Origin: Nemertoderma westbladi
Taxonomy: Eukaryota; Animalia; Xenacoelomorpha
Length of the DNA stretch: 64,000 bases
Assembly (NCBI GenBank): GCA_032718475.1
Contig: JAUCBJ010009126.1
Location: 1-64,000, forward strand
Direction of reading: 5' to 3'
The position numbers were made by a program, and so were the translations under genes. Below are positions 36,671-52,035 of this stretch, piece after piece. The notes beneath the pieces are model-generated. The model ran no database searches. It was given only the letters and a program-made list of their open reading frames with translations, and was not told where the DNA came from. Positions within the stretch are counted from its first letter, which is position 1, and each line of letters begins with the position of its first letter.

Positions 36671-37877
36671 AACCAACTGAGCTACCCCGCCCATACAAAG
36701 ATAATGATGATAATCAATAAAAACTGACATATAAAGTCAATAAAATTGCTGACATAGAATAATGTAGTATGTTTGTTATATATATTTAAAATCCAGATTC
36801 AAATTAAACATATTATAATAATAAATCCATTATATGTATCGTAAAGTAAATGTACATTTGCAGTATGGGAAGGTCTTTGCTTGAAGAGATATATATAACT
36901 TATATAACAAAGTCACCGTCACAGACCTAAGAGACCGGTCTGATAGCTGAGTCCGTAGTCTGTAGTCCGTCCAACACAGACTCAGCTGCAGTGATGACCG
37001 CTTTAGTCTATATAATAAATACTACAATATGTATTGTTAATGTATTACTTACACTACTATTGCACATTGAGATGCTATACTGCTTAACACAAATATTTGT
37101 GCCATGACAATGCAATCTGTCCAATTATAAACATATCTACTGACTTATAATTATGTATACTTTGCTGAGTAAATTTTGTTTGTTGTGTTGTCAAACAATA
37201 AGTGGGAAACGATATATATTGCTGATACCCGCCACATTTTAATTAATCAAAATCGCTCTGTCGTCTAGACCTCTTTATTGAGTATCCGTTTACTTAAGAT
37301 AATCATAATACGTTTACTATCCGTTGTTAACAAATCGTTTAGCCTGATATACTGAGCCCTGATACTTGGATACAGTTAATTATAATTTTGATATATTTTA
37401 TTTCAATTAATTATGCTCTTGTTAAATTAAATGGACGAGGTGTCCATTGGTGTTATCGTCCACCCAGCCCACTGCGTTGCTTGGCAACGCGTAGTTAAAG
37501 GCGTTGTTTCTGACGAGTTTGTGTGGATACTATCGGGGGTTGGCCCAAATTCACAGCCGCTGACACCGTGTGCATTACACCGTACTTACTCTCCTGAAAG
37601 CGAAACTACGAAACTTTTTTCAACCAAATATAATGGCGCAAATAAAAAACGCTTTAAGCTTATACTAAATATACTTTAATTATTATTGATTTCGCGGTTT
37701 TTAAAGATCTGAACCCGAAACCCGAAACGTTTCACAGTGGAGGATTTTCCTGAACTTCCTCCTATTCTGCCTCCTTCATCGGTTCTCGCTCTACGCTAAT
37801 GGGATTACCCGTCGGTACTAACTTAGACGTGGTAACCCAGTAGTTGGTACCGGTTCCACCACATCCCTCCATAGCGT

Positions 37878-38190
37878 ATGCGTCCAATAATGCCTTCGAT
37901 AAAATTGAACACGGTATTTTATTTCAACGGCTTCTAGCCCGCAAAATCCCCCTATTTATTATTATAATTATAATTTTTTGGCGCAAAAACCAAACAATGC
38001 AAGTTATTTGGAAAGGTTTTCTTTCAACGAGTTTTATTCTCGTGACGGTGTAAGAGTATTTTTTGTTTCTTCGGTTTTTCAACATCTTTGTTGATGAACT
38101 TAGTAAACAGATTAATGCAACTGATATCGTTGGTACTCTAGACTGGATATGCATGAACCATTTGCAGATGATATAATCTTGGTTGTCTCC
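37878..38190 (+). mobile_element. Decayed LINE RT domain (probably the same type as 12627-13209)
   Basis: AFDKIEHGILFQRLLARKIP...FW..NQTMQVIW...DGVR...FNIFVDELS...MNH.FADDIILV, with frameshifts. Confidence 0.8.
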
Positions 38191-38295
38191 GATTTCGGAT
38201 TTCGGATTTCTACGGAAGCCCATAACGGCCACATTACCACAAAGAAAAGATAGCATTAACTCTATGGGAGCTCAATGCGATTAGAGAATTAGATA

Positions 38296-41200
38296 GTTTA
38301 CTGGAGTGCATCCTAACTCTCTGTACAGCTTACATTCCCGCAATGTTTACTGGAGTGCATCCTAACTCTCTGTACAGCTTACATACCCGCATTGAAAACT
38401 CTCTGTACAGCTTACATTCCCGCATTGTTTACTGGAGTGCATAACTCTCTGTACAGCTTACATTCCCGCATTGTTTACTGGAGTGCATCCTAACTCTCTG
38501 TACAGCTTACATTCCCGCATTATTTCCTGGAGTGCATCCTAACTCTCTGTAAAGCTTACATTCCCGCATTGTTTACTGGAGTGCATCCTAACTCTCTGTA
38601 CAGCTTACATTCCCGCATTGATAACTCTCTGGACAGCTTACATTCCCGCTTTGTTTACTGGAGTGCATCCTAACTCTCCGTACAGCTTACATTCCCGCAT
38701 TGTTTACTGGAGTGCATCCTAACTCTCTGTACAGCTTACATTCCCGCATTGATAACTCTCTGGACAGCTTACATTCCCGCATTGTTTACAGGAGTGCATC
38801 CTAACTCTCTGTACAGCTTACATTCCCGCATTGATAACTCTCTGGACAGCTTACATTCCCGCATTGTTTACAGGAGTGCATCCTACCTCTCTGTACAGCT
38901 TGCATTCCCGCATTGATAACTCTCTGTACAACTTACATTCCCGCATTGTTTCCTGGAGTGCATCCTACCTCTCTGTACAGCTTACATTCCCGCATTGTTT
39001 ACTGGAGTGCATCCTACCTCTCTGTACAGCTTACATTCCCGCATTGATAACTCTCTGTACAACTTACATTCCCGCATTGTTTCCTGGAGTGCATCCTAAC
39101 TCTCTGTACAGCTTACATTCCCACATTGTTTCCTGGAGTGCATCCTAACTCTCCGTACAGCTTACATTCCCGCATTGTTTCCTGGAGTGCATCCTACCTC
39201 TCTGTACAGCTTACATTCCCGCATTGTTTACTGGAGTGCATCCTACCTCTCTGTACAGCTTACATTCCCGCATTGATAACTCTCTGTACAACTTACATTC
39301 CCGCATTGTTTCCTGGAGTGCATCCTAACTCTCTGTACAGCTTACATTCCCACATTGTTTACTGGAGTGCATCCTAAATCTCTGTACAGCTTACATTCCC
39401 GCATTGATAACTCTCTGTACAACTTACATTCCCGCATTGTTTCCTGGAGTGCATCCTATCTCTCCGTACAGCTTACATTCCCACATTGTTTCCTGGAGTG
39501 CATCCTAACTCTCTGTACAGCTTACATTCCCACATTGTTTACTGGAGTGCATCCTAAATCTCTGTACAGCTTACATTCCCGCATTGATAACTCTCTGTAC
39601 AACTTACATTCCCGCATTGTTTCCTGGAGTGCATCCTATCTCTCCGTACAGCTTACATTCCCGCATTGTTTCCTGGAGTGCATCCTATCTCTCCGTACAG
39701 CTTACATTCCCGCATTGTTTCCTGGAGTGCATCCTAACTCTCTGTACAGCTTACATTCCCACATTGTTTCCTGGAGTGCATCCTAACTCTCTGTACAGCT
39801 TACATTCCCACATTGTTTACTGGAGTGCATCCTAAATCTCTGTACAGCTTACATTCCCGCATTGATAACTCTCTGTACAACTTACATTCCCGCATTGTTT
39901 CCTGGAGTGCATCCTATCTCTCCGTACAGCTTACATTCCCGCATTGTTTCCTGGAGTGCATCCTATCTCTCCGTACAGCTTACATTCCCGCATTGTTTCC
40001 TGGAGTGCATCCTAACTCTCTGTACAGCTTACATTCCCTCATTGTTTACTGGAGTGCATCCTAACTCTCCGTACAGCTTACATTCCCTCATTGTTTACTG
40101 GAGTGCATCCTAACTCTCTGTACAGCTTACATTACCGCATTGTTTCCTGGAGTGCATCCTAACTCTCCGTACAACTTACATTCCCACATTGTTTCCTGGA
40201 GTGCATCCTAACTCTCTATACAGCTTACATTCCCGCATTGTTTCCTGGAGTGCATCCTAACTCTCTGTACAGCTTACATTCCCGCATTGTTTACTGGAGT
40301 GCATCCTACCTCTCTGTACAGCTTACATTCCCGCATTGATAACTCTCTGTACAACTTACATTCCCGCATTGTTTCCTGGAGTGCATCCTAACTCTCTGTA
40401 CAGCTTACATTCCCACATTGTTTACTGGAGTGCATCCTAAATCTCTGTACAGCTTACATTCCCGCATTGATAACTCTCTGTACAACTTACATTCCCGCAT
40501 TGTTTCCTGGAGTGCATCCTATCTCTCCGTACAGCTTACATTCCCACATTGTTTCCTGGAGTGCATCCTAACTCTCTGTACAGCTTACATTCCCACATTG
40601 TTTACTGGAGTGCATCCTACCTCTCTGTACAGCTTACATTCCCGCATTGATAACTCTCTGTACAACTTACATTCCCGCATTGTTTCCTGGAGTGCATCCT
40701 ATCTCTCCGTACAGCTTACATTCCCACATTGTTTCCTGGAGTGCATCCTAAATCTCTGTACAACTTACATTCCCGCATTGTTTCCTGGAGTGCATCCTAT
40801 CTCTCCGTACAGCTTACATTCCCACATTGTTTACTGGAGTGCATCCTAAATCTCTGTACAACTTACATTCCCGCATTGTTTCCTGGAGTGCATCCTATCT
40901 CTCCGTACAGCTTACATTCCCACATTGTTTCCTGGAGTGCATCCTAACTCTCTGTACAGCTTACATTCCCGCATTGTTTCCTGGAGTGCATCCTATCTCT
41001 CCGTACAGCTTACATTCCCTCATTGTTTACTGGAGTGCATCCTAACTCTCCGTACAGCTTACATTCCCTCATTGTTTACTGGAGTGCATCCTAACTCTCT
41101 GTACAGCTTACATTCCCTCATTGTTTACTGGAGTGCATCCTAACTCTCTGTACAGCTTACATTCCCTCATTGTTTACTGGAGTGCATCCTAACTCTCCGT

Positions 41201-44200
41201 ACAGCTTACATTCCCTCATTGTTTACTGGAGTGCATCCTAAATCTCTGTACAGCTTACATTCCCTCATTGTTTACTGGAGTGCATCCTAAATCTCTGTAC
41301 AACTTACATTCCCGCATTGTTTCCTGGAGTGCATCCTATCTCTCCGTACAGCTTACATTCCCACATTGTTTACTGGAGTGCATCCTAAATCTCTGTACAA
41401 CTTACATTCCCGCATTGTTTCCTGGAGTGCATCCTATCTCTCCGTACAGCTTACATTCCCGCATTGTTTCCTGGAGTGCATCCTATCTCTCCGTACAGCT
41501 TACATTCCCACATTGTTTCCTGGAGTGCATCCTAACTCTCTGTACAGCTTACATTCCCGCATTGTTTCCTGGAGTGCATCCTATCTCTCCGTACAGCTTA
41601 CATTCCCTCATTGTTTACTGGAGTGCATCCTAACTCTCTGTACAGCTTACATTCCCACATTGTTTCCTGGAGTGCATCCTAACTCTCTGTACAGCTTACA
41701 TTCCCACATTGTTTCCTGGAGTGCATCCTAACTCTCTGTACAGCTTACATTCCCGCATTGTTTCCTGGAGTGCATCCTATCTCTCCGTACAGCTTACATT
41801 CCCTCATTGTTTACTGGAGTGCATCCTATCTCTCCGTACAGCTTACATTCCCTCATTGTTTACTGGAGTGCATCCTAAATCTCTGTACAACTTACATTCC
41901 CGCATTGTTTCCTGGAGTGCATCCTATCTCTCCGTACAGCTTACATTCCCACATTGTTTACTGGAGTGCATCCTAAATCTCTGTACAACTTACATTCCCG
42001 CATTGTTTCCTGGAGTGCATCCTATCTCTCCGTACAGCTTACATTCCCACATTGTTTCCTGGAGTGCATCCTAACTCTCTGTACAGCTTACATTCCCGCA
42101 TTGTTTCCTGGAGTGCATCCTATCTCTCCGTACAGCTTACATTCCCTCATTGTTTACTGGAGTGCATCCTAACTCTCTGTACAGCTTACATTCCCGTATT
42201 GTTCACTGGAGTGCATCCTAACTCTCTGTACAGCTTACATTCCCGTATTGTTTCCTGGAGTGCATCCTAACTCTCTGTACAGCTTACATTCCCTCATTGT
42301 TTACTGGAGTGCATCCTAACTCTCTGTACAGCTTACATTCCCGCATTGTTTACTGGAGTGCATCCTAACTCTCTGTACAGCTTACATTCCCTCATTGTTT
42401 ACTGGAGTGCATCCTAACTCTCCGTACAGCTTACATTCCCGTATTGTTTCCTGGAGTGCATCCTAACTCTCTGTACAGCTTACATTCCCTCATTGTTTAC
42501 TGGAGTGCATCCTAACTCTCTGTACAGCTTACATTCCCTCATTGTTTACTGGAGTGCATCCTAACTCTCTGTACAGCTTACATTCCCGCATTGTTTCCTG
42601 GAGTGCATCCTATCTCTCCGTACAGCTTACATTCCCTCATTGTTTACTGGAGTGCATCCTAACTCTCTGTACAGCTTACATTCCCTCATTGTTTACTGGA
42701 GTGCATCCTAACTCTCTGTACAGCTTACATTCCCGTATTGTTTCCTGGAGTGCATCCTATCTCTCCGTACAGCTTACATTCCCTCATTGTTTACTGGAGT
42801 GCATCCTAACTCTCTGTACAGCTTACATTCCCTCATTGTTTACTGGAGTGCATCCTAACTCTCTGTACAGCTTACATTCCCTCATTGTTTACTGGAGTGC
42901 ATCCTAACTCTCTGTACAGCTTACATTCCCGCATTGTTTACTGGAGTGCATCCTAACTCTCTGTACAGCTTACATTCCCACATTGTTTACTGGAGTGCAT
43001 CCTAACTCTCTGTACAGCTTACATTCCCGCATTGATAACTCTCTGTACAGCTTACATTCCCGCATTGATAACTCTCTGTACAGCTTACATTCCCTCATTG
43101 TTTACTGGAGTGCATCCTAACTCTCCGTACAGCTTACATTCCCGCATTGATAACTCTCTGTACAGCTTACATTCCCGCATTGATAACTCTCTGTACAGCT
43201 TACATTCCCTCATTGTTTACTGGAGTGCATCCTAACTCTCCGTACAGCTTACATTCCCGCATTGATAACTCTCTGTACAGCTTACATTCCCTCATTGTTT
43301 ACTGGAGTGCATCCTAACTCTCCGTACAGCTTACATTCCCTCATTGTTTACTGGAGTGCATCCTAACTCTCCGTACAGCTTACATTCCCACATTGTTTAC
43401 TGGAGTGCATCCTAACTCTCTGTACAGCTTACATTCCCTCATTGTTTACTGGAGTGCATCCTAACCCTCTGTACAGCTTACATTCCCGCATTGTTTCCTG
43501 GAGTGCATCCTATCTCTCCGTACAGCTTACATTCCCTCATTGTTTACTGGAGTGCATCCTAACTCTCTGTACAGCTTACATTCCCTCATTGTTTACTGGA
43601 GTGCATCCTAACTCTCTGTACAGCTTACATTCCCTCATTGTTTACTGGAGTGCATCCTAACTCTCTGTACAGCTTACATTCCCGCATTGTTTACTGGAGT
43701 GCATCCTAACTCTCTGTACAGCTTACATTCCCACATTGTTTACTGGAGTGCATCCTAACTCTCTGTACAGCTTACATTCCCGCATTGATAACTCTCTGTA
43801 CAGCTTACATTCCCTCATTGTTTACTGGAGTGCATCCTAACTCTCCGTACAGCTTACATTCCCTCATTGTTTACTGGAGTGCATCCTATCTCTCCGTACA
43901 GCTTACATTCCCGCATTGATAACTCTCTGTACAGCTTACATTCCCGCATTGATAACTCTCTGTACAGCTTACATTCCCTCATTGTTTACTGGAGTGCATC
44001 CTAACTCTCCGTACAGCTTACATTCCCGCATTGATAACTCTCTGTACAGCTTACATTCCCGCATTGATAACTCTCTGTACAGCTTACATTCCCTCATTGT
44101 TTACTGGAGTGCATCCTAACTCTCCGTACAGCTTACATTCCCGCATTGATAACTCTCTGTACAGCTTACATTCCCTCATTGTTTACTGGAGTGCATCCTA

Positions 44201-47200
44201 ACTCTCCGTACAGCTTACATTCCCTCATTGTTTACTGGAGTGCATCCTAACTCTCCGTACAGCTTACATTCCCACATTGTTTCCTGGAGTGCATCCTATC
44301 TCTCCGTACAGCTTACATTCCCACATTGTTTCCTGGAGTGCATCCTATCTCTCCGTACAGCTTACATTCCCTCATTGTTTACTGGAGTGCATCCTAACTC
44401 TCTGTACAGCTTACATTACCGCATTGTTTCCTGGAGTGCATCCTAACTCTCTGTACAACTTACATTCCCACATTGTTTCCTGGAGTGCATCCTATCTCTC
44501 CGTACAGCTTACATTCCCTCATTGTTTCCTGGAGTGCATCCTAACTCTCTGTACAGCTTACATTCCCACATAGTTTACTGGAGTGCATCCTAACTCTCTG
44601 TACAGCTTACATTCCCTCATTGTTTACTGGAGTGCATCCTAACTCTCTGTACAACTTACATTCCCACATTGTTTCCTGGAGTGCATCCTATCTCTCCGTA
44701 CAGCTTACATTCCCGCATTGATAACTCTCTGTACAACTTACATTCCCACATTGTTTACTGGAGTGCATCCTAACTCTCCGTACAGCTTACATTCCCTCAT
44801 TGTTTACTGGAGTGCATCCTATCTCTCCGTACAGCTTACATTCCCACATTGTTTCCTGGAGTGCATCCTAACTCTCTGTACAACTTACATTCCCACATTG
44901 TTTCCTGGAGTGCATCCTATCTCTCCGTACAGCTTACATTCCCTCATTGTTTCCTGGAGTGCATCCTAACTCTCTGTACAGCTTACATTCCCACATAGTT
45001 TACTGGAGTGCATCCTAACTCTCTGTACAGCTTACATTCCCTCATTGTTTACTGGAGTGCATCCTAACTCTCTGTACAACTTACATTCCCACATTGTTTC
45101 CTGGAGTGCATCCTATCTCTCCGTACAGCTTACATTCCCTCATTGTTTCCTGGAGTGCATCCTAACTCTCTGTACAGCTTACATTCCCTCATTGTTTACT
45201 GGAGTGCATCCTAACTCTCTGTACAGCTTACATTCCCTCATTGTTTACTGGAGTGCATCCTAACTCTCCGTACAGCTTACATTCCCTCATTGTTTCCTGG
45301 AGTGCATCCTAACTCTCTGTACAGCTTACATTCCCGCATTGTTTCCTGGAGTGCATCCTAACTCTCTGTACAGCTTACATTCCCTCATTGTTTACTGGAG
45401 TGCATCCTAACTCTCCGTACAGCTTACATTCCCTCATTGTTTCCTGGAGTGCATCCTAACTCTCTGTACAGCTTACATTCCCTCATTGTTTACTGGAGTG
45501 CATCCTAACTCTCTGTACAGCTTACATTCCCTCATTGTTTACTGGAGTGCATCCTAACTCTCCGTACAGCTTACATTCCCTCATTGTTTCCTGGAGTGCA
45601 TCCTAACTCTCTGTACAGCTTACATTCCCGCATTGTTTCCTGGAGTGCATCCTAACTCTCTGTACAGCTTACATTCCCTCATTGTTTACTGGAGTGCATC
45701 CTAACTCTCCGTACAGCTTACATTCCCTCATTGTTTCCTGGAGTGCATCCTAACTCTCTGTACAGCTTACATTCCCGCATTGTTTCCTGGAGTGCATCCT
45801 AACTCTCTGTACAGCTTACATTCCCTCATTGTTTACTGGAGTGCATCCTAACTCTCCGTACAGCTTACATTCCCTCATTGTTTCCTGGAGTGCATCCTAA
45901 CTCTCTGTACAGCTTACATTCCCGCATTGTTTCCTGGAGTGCATCCTAACTCTCTGTACAGCTTACATTCCCTCATTGTTTACTGGAGTGCATCCTAACT
46001 CTCCGTACAGCTTACATTCCCTCATTGTTTACTGGAGTGCATCCTAACTCTCCGTACAGCTTACATTCCCTCATTGTTTCCTGGAGTGCATCCTAACTCT
46101 CCGTACAGCTTACATTCCCTCATTGTTTCCTGGAGTGCATCCTAACTCTCTGTACAGCTTACATTACCGCATTGTTTCCTGGAGTGCATCCTAAATCTCT
46201 GTACAGCTTACATTCCCACATTGTTTCCTGGAGTGCATCCTAACTCTCCGTACAGCTTACATTCCCTCATTGTTTACTGGAGTGCATCCTAACTCTCCGT
46301 ACAGCTTACATTCCCACATTGTTTCCTGGAGTGCATCCTATCTCTCCGTACAGCTTACATTCCCACATTGTTTCCTGGAGTGCATCCTATCTCTCCGTAC
46401 AGCTTACATTCCCACATTGTTTCCTGGAGTGCATCCTATCTCTCCGTACAGCTTACATTCCCACATTGTTTCCTGGAGTGCATCCTATCTCTCCGTACAG
46501 CTTACATTCCCGCATTGTTTCCTGGAGTGCATCCTAACTCTCTGTACAGCTTACATTACCGCATTGTTTCCTGGAGTGCATCCTAACTCTCCGTACAACT
46601 TACATTCCCACATTGTTTCCTGGAGTGCATCCTAACTCTCTATACAGCTTACATTCCCGCATTGTTTCCTGGAGTGCATCCTAACTCTCTGTACAGCTTA
46701 CATTCCCGCATTGTTTACTGGAGTGCATCCTACCTCTCTGTACAGCTTACATTCCCGCATTGATAACTCTCTGTACAACTTACATTCCCGCATTGTTTCC
46801 TGGAGTGCATCCTAACTCTCTGTACAGCTTACATTCCCACATTGTTTACTGGAGTGCATCCTAAATCTCTGTACAGCTTACATTCCCGCATTGATAACTC
46901 TCTGTACAACTTACATTCCCGCATTGTTTCCTGGAGTGCATCCTATCTCTCCGTACAGCTTACATTCCCACATTGTTTCCTGGAGTGCATCCTAACTCTC
47001 CGTACAGCTTACATTCCCTCATTGTTTACTGGAGTGCATCCTAACTCTCTGTACAGCTTACATTACCGCATTGTTTCCTGGAGTGCATCCTAACTCTCCG
47101 TACAACTTACATTCCCACATTGTTTCCTGGAGTGCATCCTAACTCTCTATACAGCTTACATTCCCGCATTGTTTCCTGGAGTGCATCCTAACTCTCTGTA

Positions 47201-50200
47201 CAGCTTACATTCCCGCATTGATATCTCTCTGTACAGCTTACATTCCCGCATTGTTTCCTGGAGTGCATCCTAACTCTCTGTACAGCTTACATTCCCGCAT
47301 TGTTTCCTGGAGTCCATCCTAACTCTCTGTACAGCTTACATTCCCGTATTGTTTACTGGAGTGCATCATAACTCTCTGTACAGCTTACATTCCCGCATTG
47401 TTTCCTGGAGTGCATCCTAACTCTCTGCACAGCTTACATTCCCGTATTGTTTCCTGGAGTGCATCCTAACTCTCTGTACAGCTTACATTCCCGCATTGTT
47501 TACAGGAGTGCATCCTAACTCTCTGTACAGCTTACATTCCCGTATTGTTTCCTGGAGTGCATCCTAACTCTCTGTACAGCTTACATTCCCGTATTGTTTC
47601 CTGGAGTGCATCCTAACTCTCTGTACAGCTTACATTCCCGCATTGTTTACAGGAGTGCATCCTAACTCTCTGTACAGCTTACATTCCCGCATTGATAACT
47701 CTCTGTACAGCTTACATTGCCGCATTGTTTCCTGGAGTGCATCCTAACTCTCCGTACAGCTTACATTCCCGTATTGTTTACTGGAGTGCATCCTAACTCT
47801 CTGTACAGCTTACATTACCGCATTGTTTCCTGGAGTGCATCCTAACTCTCTGTACAGCTTACATTCCCGCATTGTTTACTGGAGTGCATCCTAACTCTCT
47901 GTACAGCTTACATTCCCGCATTGTTTCCTGGAGTGCATCCTAACTCTCTGTACAGCTTACATTCCCGCATTGTTTACTGGAGTGCATCCTAACTCTCTGT
48001 ACAGCTTACATTCCCGCTTTGTTTACTGGAGTGCATCCTAACTCTCTGTAGAGCTTACATTCCCGCATTGTTCTCAGGAGTGCATCCTAACTATCTGTAC
48101 AGCTTACATTCCCGCATTGATAACTCTCTGTACAGCTTACATTGCCGCATTGTTTCCTGGAGTGCATCCTAACTCTCCGTACAGCTTACATTCCCGTATT
48201 GTTCACTGGAGTGCATCCTAACTCTCTGTACAGCTTACATTCCCGCATTGTTTCCTGGAGTGCATCCTAACTCTTTGTACAGCTTACATTCCCGCATTGT
48301 TTCCTGGAGTGCATCCTAACTCTCTGTACAGCTTACATTCCCGTATTGATAACTCTCTGTACAGCTTACATTCCCGCATTGTTTCCTGGAGTGCATCCTA
48401 ACTCTCTGTACAGCTTACATTCCCGTATTGTTTACTGGAGTGCATCCTAACTCTCTGTACAGCTTACATTCCCGCAATGTTTCCTGGAGTGGTTCCTAAC
48501 TCTCTGTACAGCTTACATTCCCGCATTATTTCCTGGAGTGCATCCTAACTCTCTGTACAGCTTACATTCCCGCTTTGTTTACTGGAGTGCATCCTAACTC
48601 TCTGTACAGCTTACATTCCCGCATTGTTTACTGGAGTGCATCCTAACTCTCTGTACAGCTTACATTACCACATTGTTTCCTGGAGTGCATTCTAACTCTC
48701 TATACAACTTACATTCCCGCATTGTTTACTGGAGTGCATTCTATCTCTCTGTACAGCTTACATTCCCGCATTGTTTACTGGAGTGCATCCTAACTCTCTG
48801 TACAGCTTACATTCCCGCTTTGTTTACTGGAGTGCATCCTAACTCTCTGTAGAGCTTACATTCCCGCATTGTTCTCAGGAGTGCATCCTAACTATCTGTA
48901 CAGCTTACATTCCCGCATTGATAACTCTCTGTACAGCTTACATTGCCGCATTGTTTCCTGGAGTGCATCCTAACTCTCCGTACAGCTTACATTCCCGTAT
49001 TGTTCACTGGAGTGCATCCTAACTCTCTGTACAGCTTACATTCCCGCATTGTTTCCTGGAGTGCATCCTAACTCTTTGTACAGCTTACATTCCCGCATTG
49101 TTTCCTGGAGTGCATCCTAACTCTCTGTACAGCTTACATTCCCGCATTGATAACTCTCTGTACAGCTTACATTCCCGCATTGTTTCCTGGAGTGCATCCT
49201 AACTCTCTGTACAGCTTACATTCCCGTATTGTTTACTGGAGTGCATCCTAACTCTCTGTACAGCTTACATTCCCGCAATGTTTCCTGGAGTGGTTCCTAA
49301 CTCTCTGTACAGCTTACATTCCCGCATTATTTCCTGGAGTGCATCCTAACTCTCCGTACAGCTTACATTCCCGTATTGTTTACTGGAGTGCATCCTAACT
49401 CTCTGTACAGCTTACATTCCCGCATTGTTTACTGGAGTGCATCCTAACTCTCTGTACAGCTTACATTCCCGCATTGTTTACTGGAGTGCATAACTCTCTG
49501 TACAGCTTACATTCCCACATAGTTTACTGGAGTGCATCCTAACTCTCTGTACAGCTTACATTCCCGCATTGTTTACTGGAGTGCATCCTAACTCTCTGTA
49601 CAGCTTACATTCCCGCATTGATAACTCTCTGTACAGCTTACATTCCCGCATTGTTTACTGGAGTGCATCCTAACTCTCTGTACAGCTTACATTCCCGCAT
49701 TATTTACTGGAGTGCATCCTAACTCTCTGTACAGCTTACATTCCCGCATTATTTACTGGAGTGCATCCTAACTCTCTGTACAGCTTACATTCCCGCATTG
49801 ATAACTCTCTGTACAGCTTACATTCCCGCATTGTTTACTGGAGTGCATCCTAACTCTCTGTACAGCTTACATTCCCGCTTTGTTTACTGGAGTGCATCCT
49901 AACTCTCTGTACAGCTTACATTCCCGCATTGATAACTCTCTGTACAGCTTACATTCCCGCATTGTTTACTGGAGTGCATCCTAACTCTCTGTACAGCTTA
50001 CATTCCCGCATTATTTACTGGAGTGCATCCTAACTCTCTGTACAGCTTACATTCCCGCATTGTTTACTGGAGTGCATCCTAACTCTCTGTACAGCTTACA
50101 TTCCCGCATTGATAACTCTCTGTACAGCTTACATTCCCGCATTGTTTACTGGAGTGCATCCTAACTCTCTGTACAGCTTACATTCCCGCATTATTTACTG

Positions 50201-50910
50201 GAGTGCATCCTAACTCTCTGTACAGCTTACATTCCCGCATTGTTTACTGGAGTGCATCCTAACTCTCTGTACAGCTTACATTCCCGCATTGATAACTCTC
50301 TGTACAGCTTACATTCCCGCATTGTTTACTGGAGTGCATAACTCTCTGTACAGCTTACATTCCCACATAGTTTACTGGAGTGCATCCTAACTCTCTGTAC
50401 AGCTTACATTCCCGCATTGTTTACTGGAGTGCATCCTAACTCTCTGTACAGCTTACATTCCCGTATTGTTTCCTGGAGTGCATCCTAACTCTCTGTACAG
50501 CTTACATTCCCGCATTGTTTACTGGAGTGCATCCTAACTCTCTGTACAGCTTACATTCCCGCATTGATAACTCTCTGTACAGCTTACATTCCCGCATTGT
50601 TTACTGGAGTGCATAACTCTCTGTACAGCTTACATTCCCGCATTGATAACTCTCTGTACAGCTTACATTCCCGCATTGTTTACTGGAGTGCATCCTAACT
50701 CTCTGTACAGCTTACATTCCCGCATTGATAACTCTCTGTACAGCTTACATTCCCGCATTGTTTACTGGAGTGCATCCTAACTCTCTGTACAGCTTACATT
50801 CCCGCATTGTTTACTGGAGTGCATCCTAACTCTCTGTACAGCTTACATTCCCGCATTGTTTACTGGAGTGCATCCTAACTCTCTGTACAGCTTACATTCC
50901 CGCACTGATA
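38296..50910. repeat. 49-bp satellite with an interspersed 33-bp deletion monomer, ~12.6 kb
   Basis: Units cattgtttmctggagtgcatcctaactctcygtacagcttacattcccd and cattgataactctctgtacagcttacattcccg. Confidence 0.99.
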
Positions 50911-51440
50911 ATTCCAAAAATTTTTATTTTTGTCGTCGGGATTCTGATATGTGCAAGAATTACCTCCATTTTTGTAAATAATTATAATTATTTGTTGGTT
51001 AATCCCGTTTATGTGTACGTTTAATGGACCGCTTACTTATATAATACATCAACCTATGTTTTTTACTGTGCTTAATTAATTACTCAAATCATAGTAAAAT
51101 AAACACAAAAGTAATAGCGTTAAAAACTTGTATAAGTTACAGTGCAAGTTAATATAAATTGAATATAAATTTGTTGTAAAATCTACTCGATTTGCATATG
51201 GAGACGAGACGAATAGAGCGACTGTTGAGAGGTATCCTAGGAAATTACAGTAGCTACACTTTTTCGCTGCAGGTTTAAGAGTGTTAATTAATTTATTATT
51301 ATTTCAATACCCATATTACTACATCGGCATAAGATGCGTTGGCGTTGTATCACACATCTCCACATAACACACATCTCCACATAGATGTATCAGTTACTCG
51401 TACAGTTTCGAAACTTCTCAAAGTTATAACTGTATAAAGG

Positions 51441-52035
51441 TCGTCAGTCTGCGTTTAGGAAAACTATTTTATGACAAAACAGGACGAGCGACGAGTGCAA
51501 CGAGGCATATAATGAAGACGAGTACTGCGTAGACTATATTCCTATAAACCATACCTGGCTTCGCCTACTGAACGCATCGGTAGTTATAGAGATCGTCAGT
51601 CTGAGTTTAGGAAATATATTTAAATACAAAACAGGACGAACGCAACGAGGCTTATAATGAAGACGAGTACTGCGTTGCGTTGACTATATTATTATATAAA
51701 CCACCTGACTTCACATATTGAACGCATCCCTAGTTATCATTATTATAAAGATCGTCAGTCTGAGTTTAGGAAATATATTTAAATACAAAACAGGACGAAC
51801 GCAACGAGGCTTATAATGAAGACGAGTACTGCGTTGCGCTGACTACATTATTATATAAACCACCTGGATTCACATATTGAACGCATCCCTAGTTATTATT
51901 ATTATAAAGATCGTCAGCCTGCGTTTAAGAAATATATTTTAATACAAAACAGGTCGAACGCAATGAGGCTTATAATGAAGACGAGTACTGCATTGATTAT
52001 ATTCCTATAAACCACCTGGCTTTGCATATTGAACG
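51441..52035. repeat. 152-159-bp diverged tandem repeat, 4 copies
   Basis: tcgtcag(t/c)ctg..tttargaaa starts at 51441, 51593, 51752 and 51911. Confidence 0.9.

Noticed and set aside
38831-47093. Dozens of short ORFs in the 49-bp array
   Set aside because: The unit length is not a multiple of 3, and the ORFs arise only where a variant removes a TAA.
22961-50910. CRISPR array interpretation of the long repeats
   Set aside because: Head-to-tail monomers with no unique spacers, no cas genes, and eukaryotic context.
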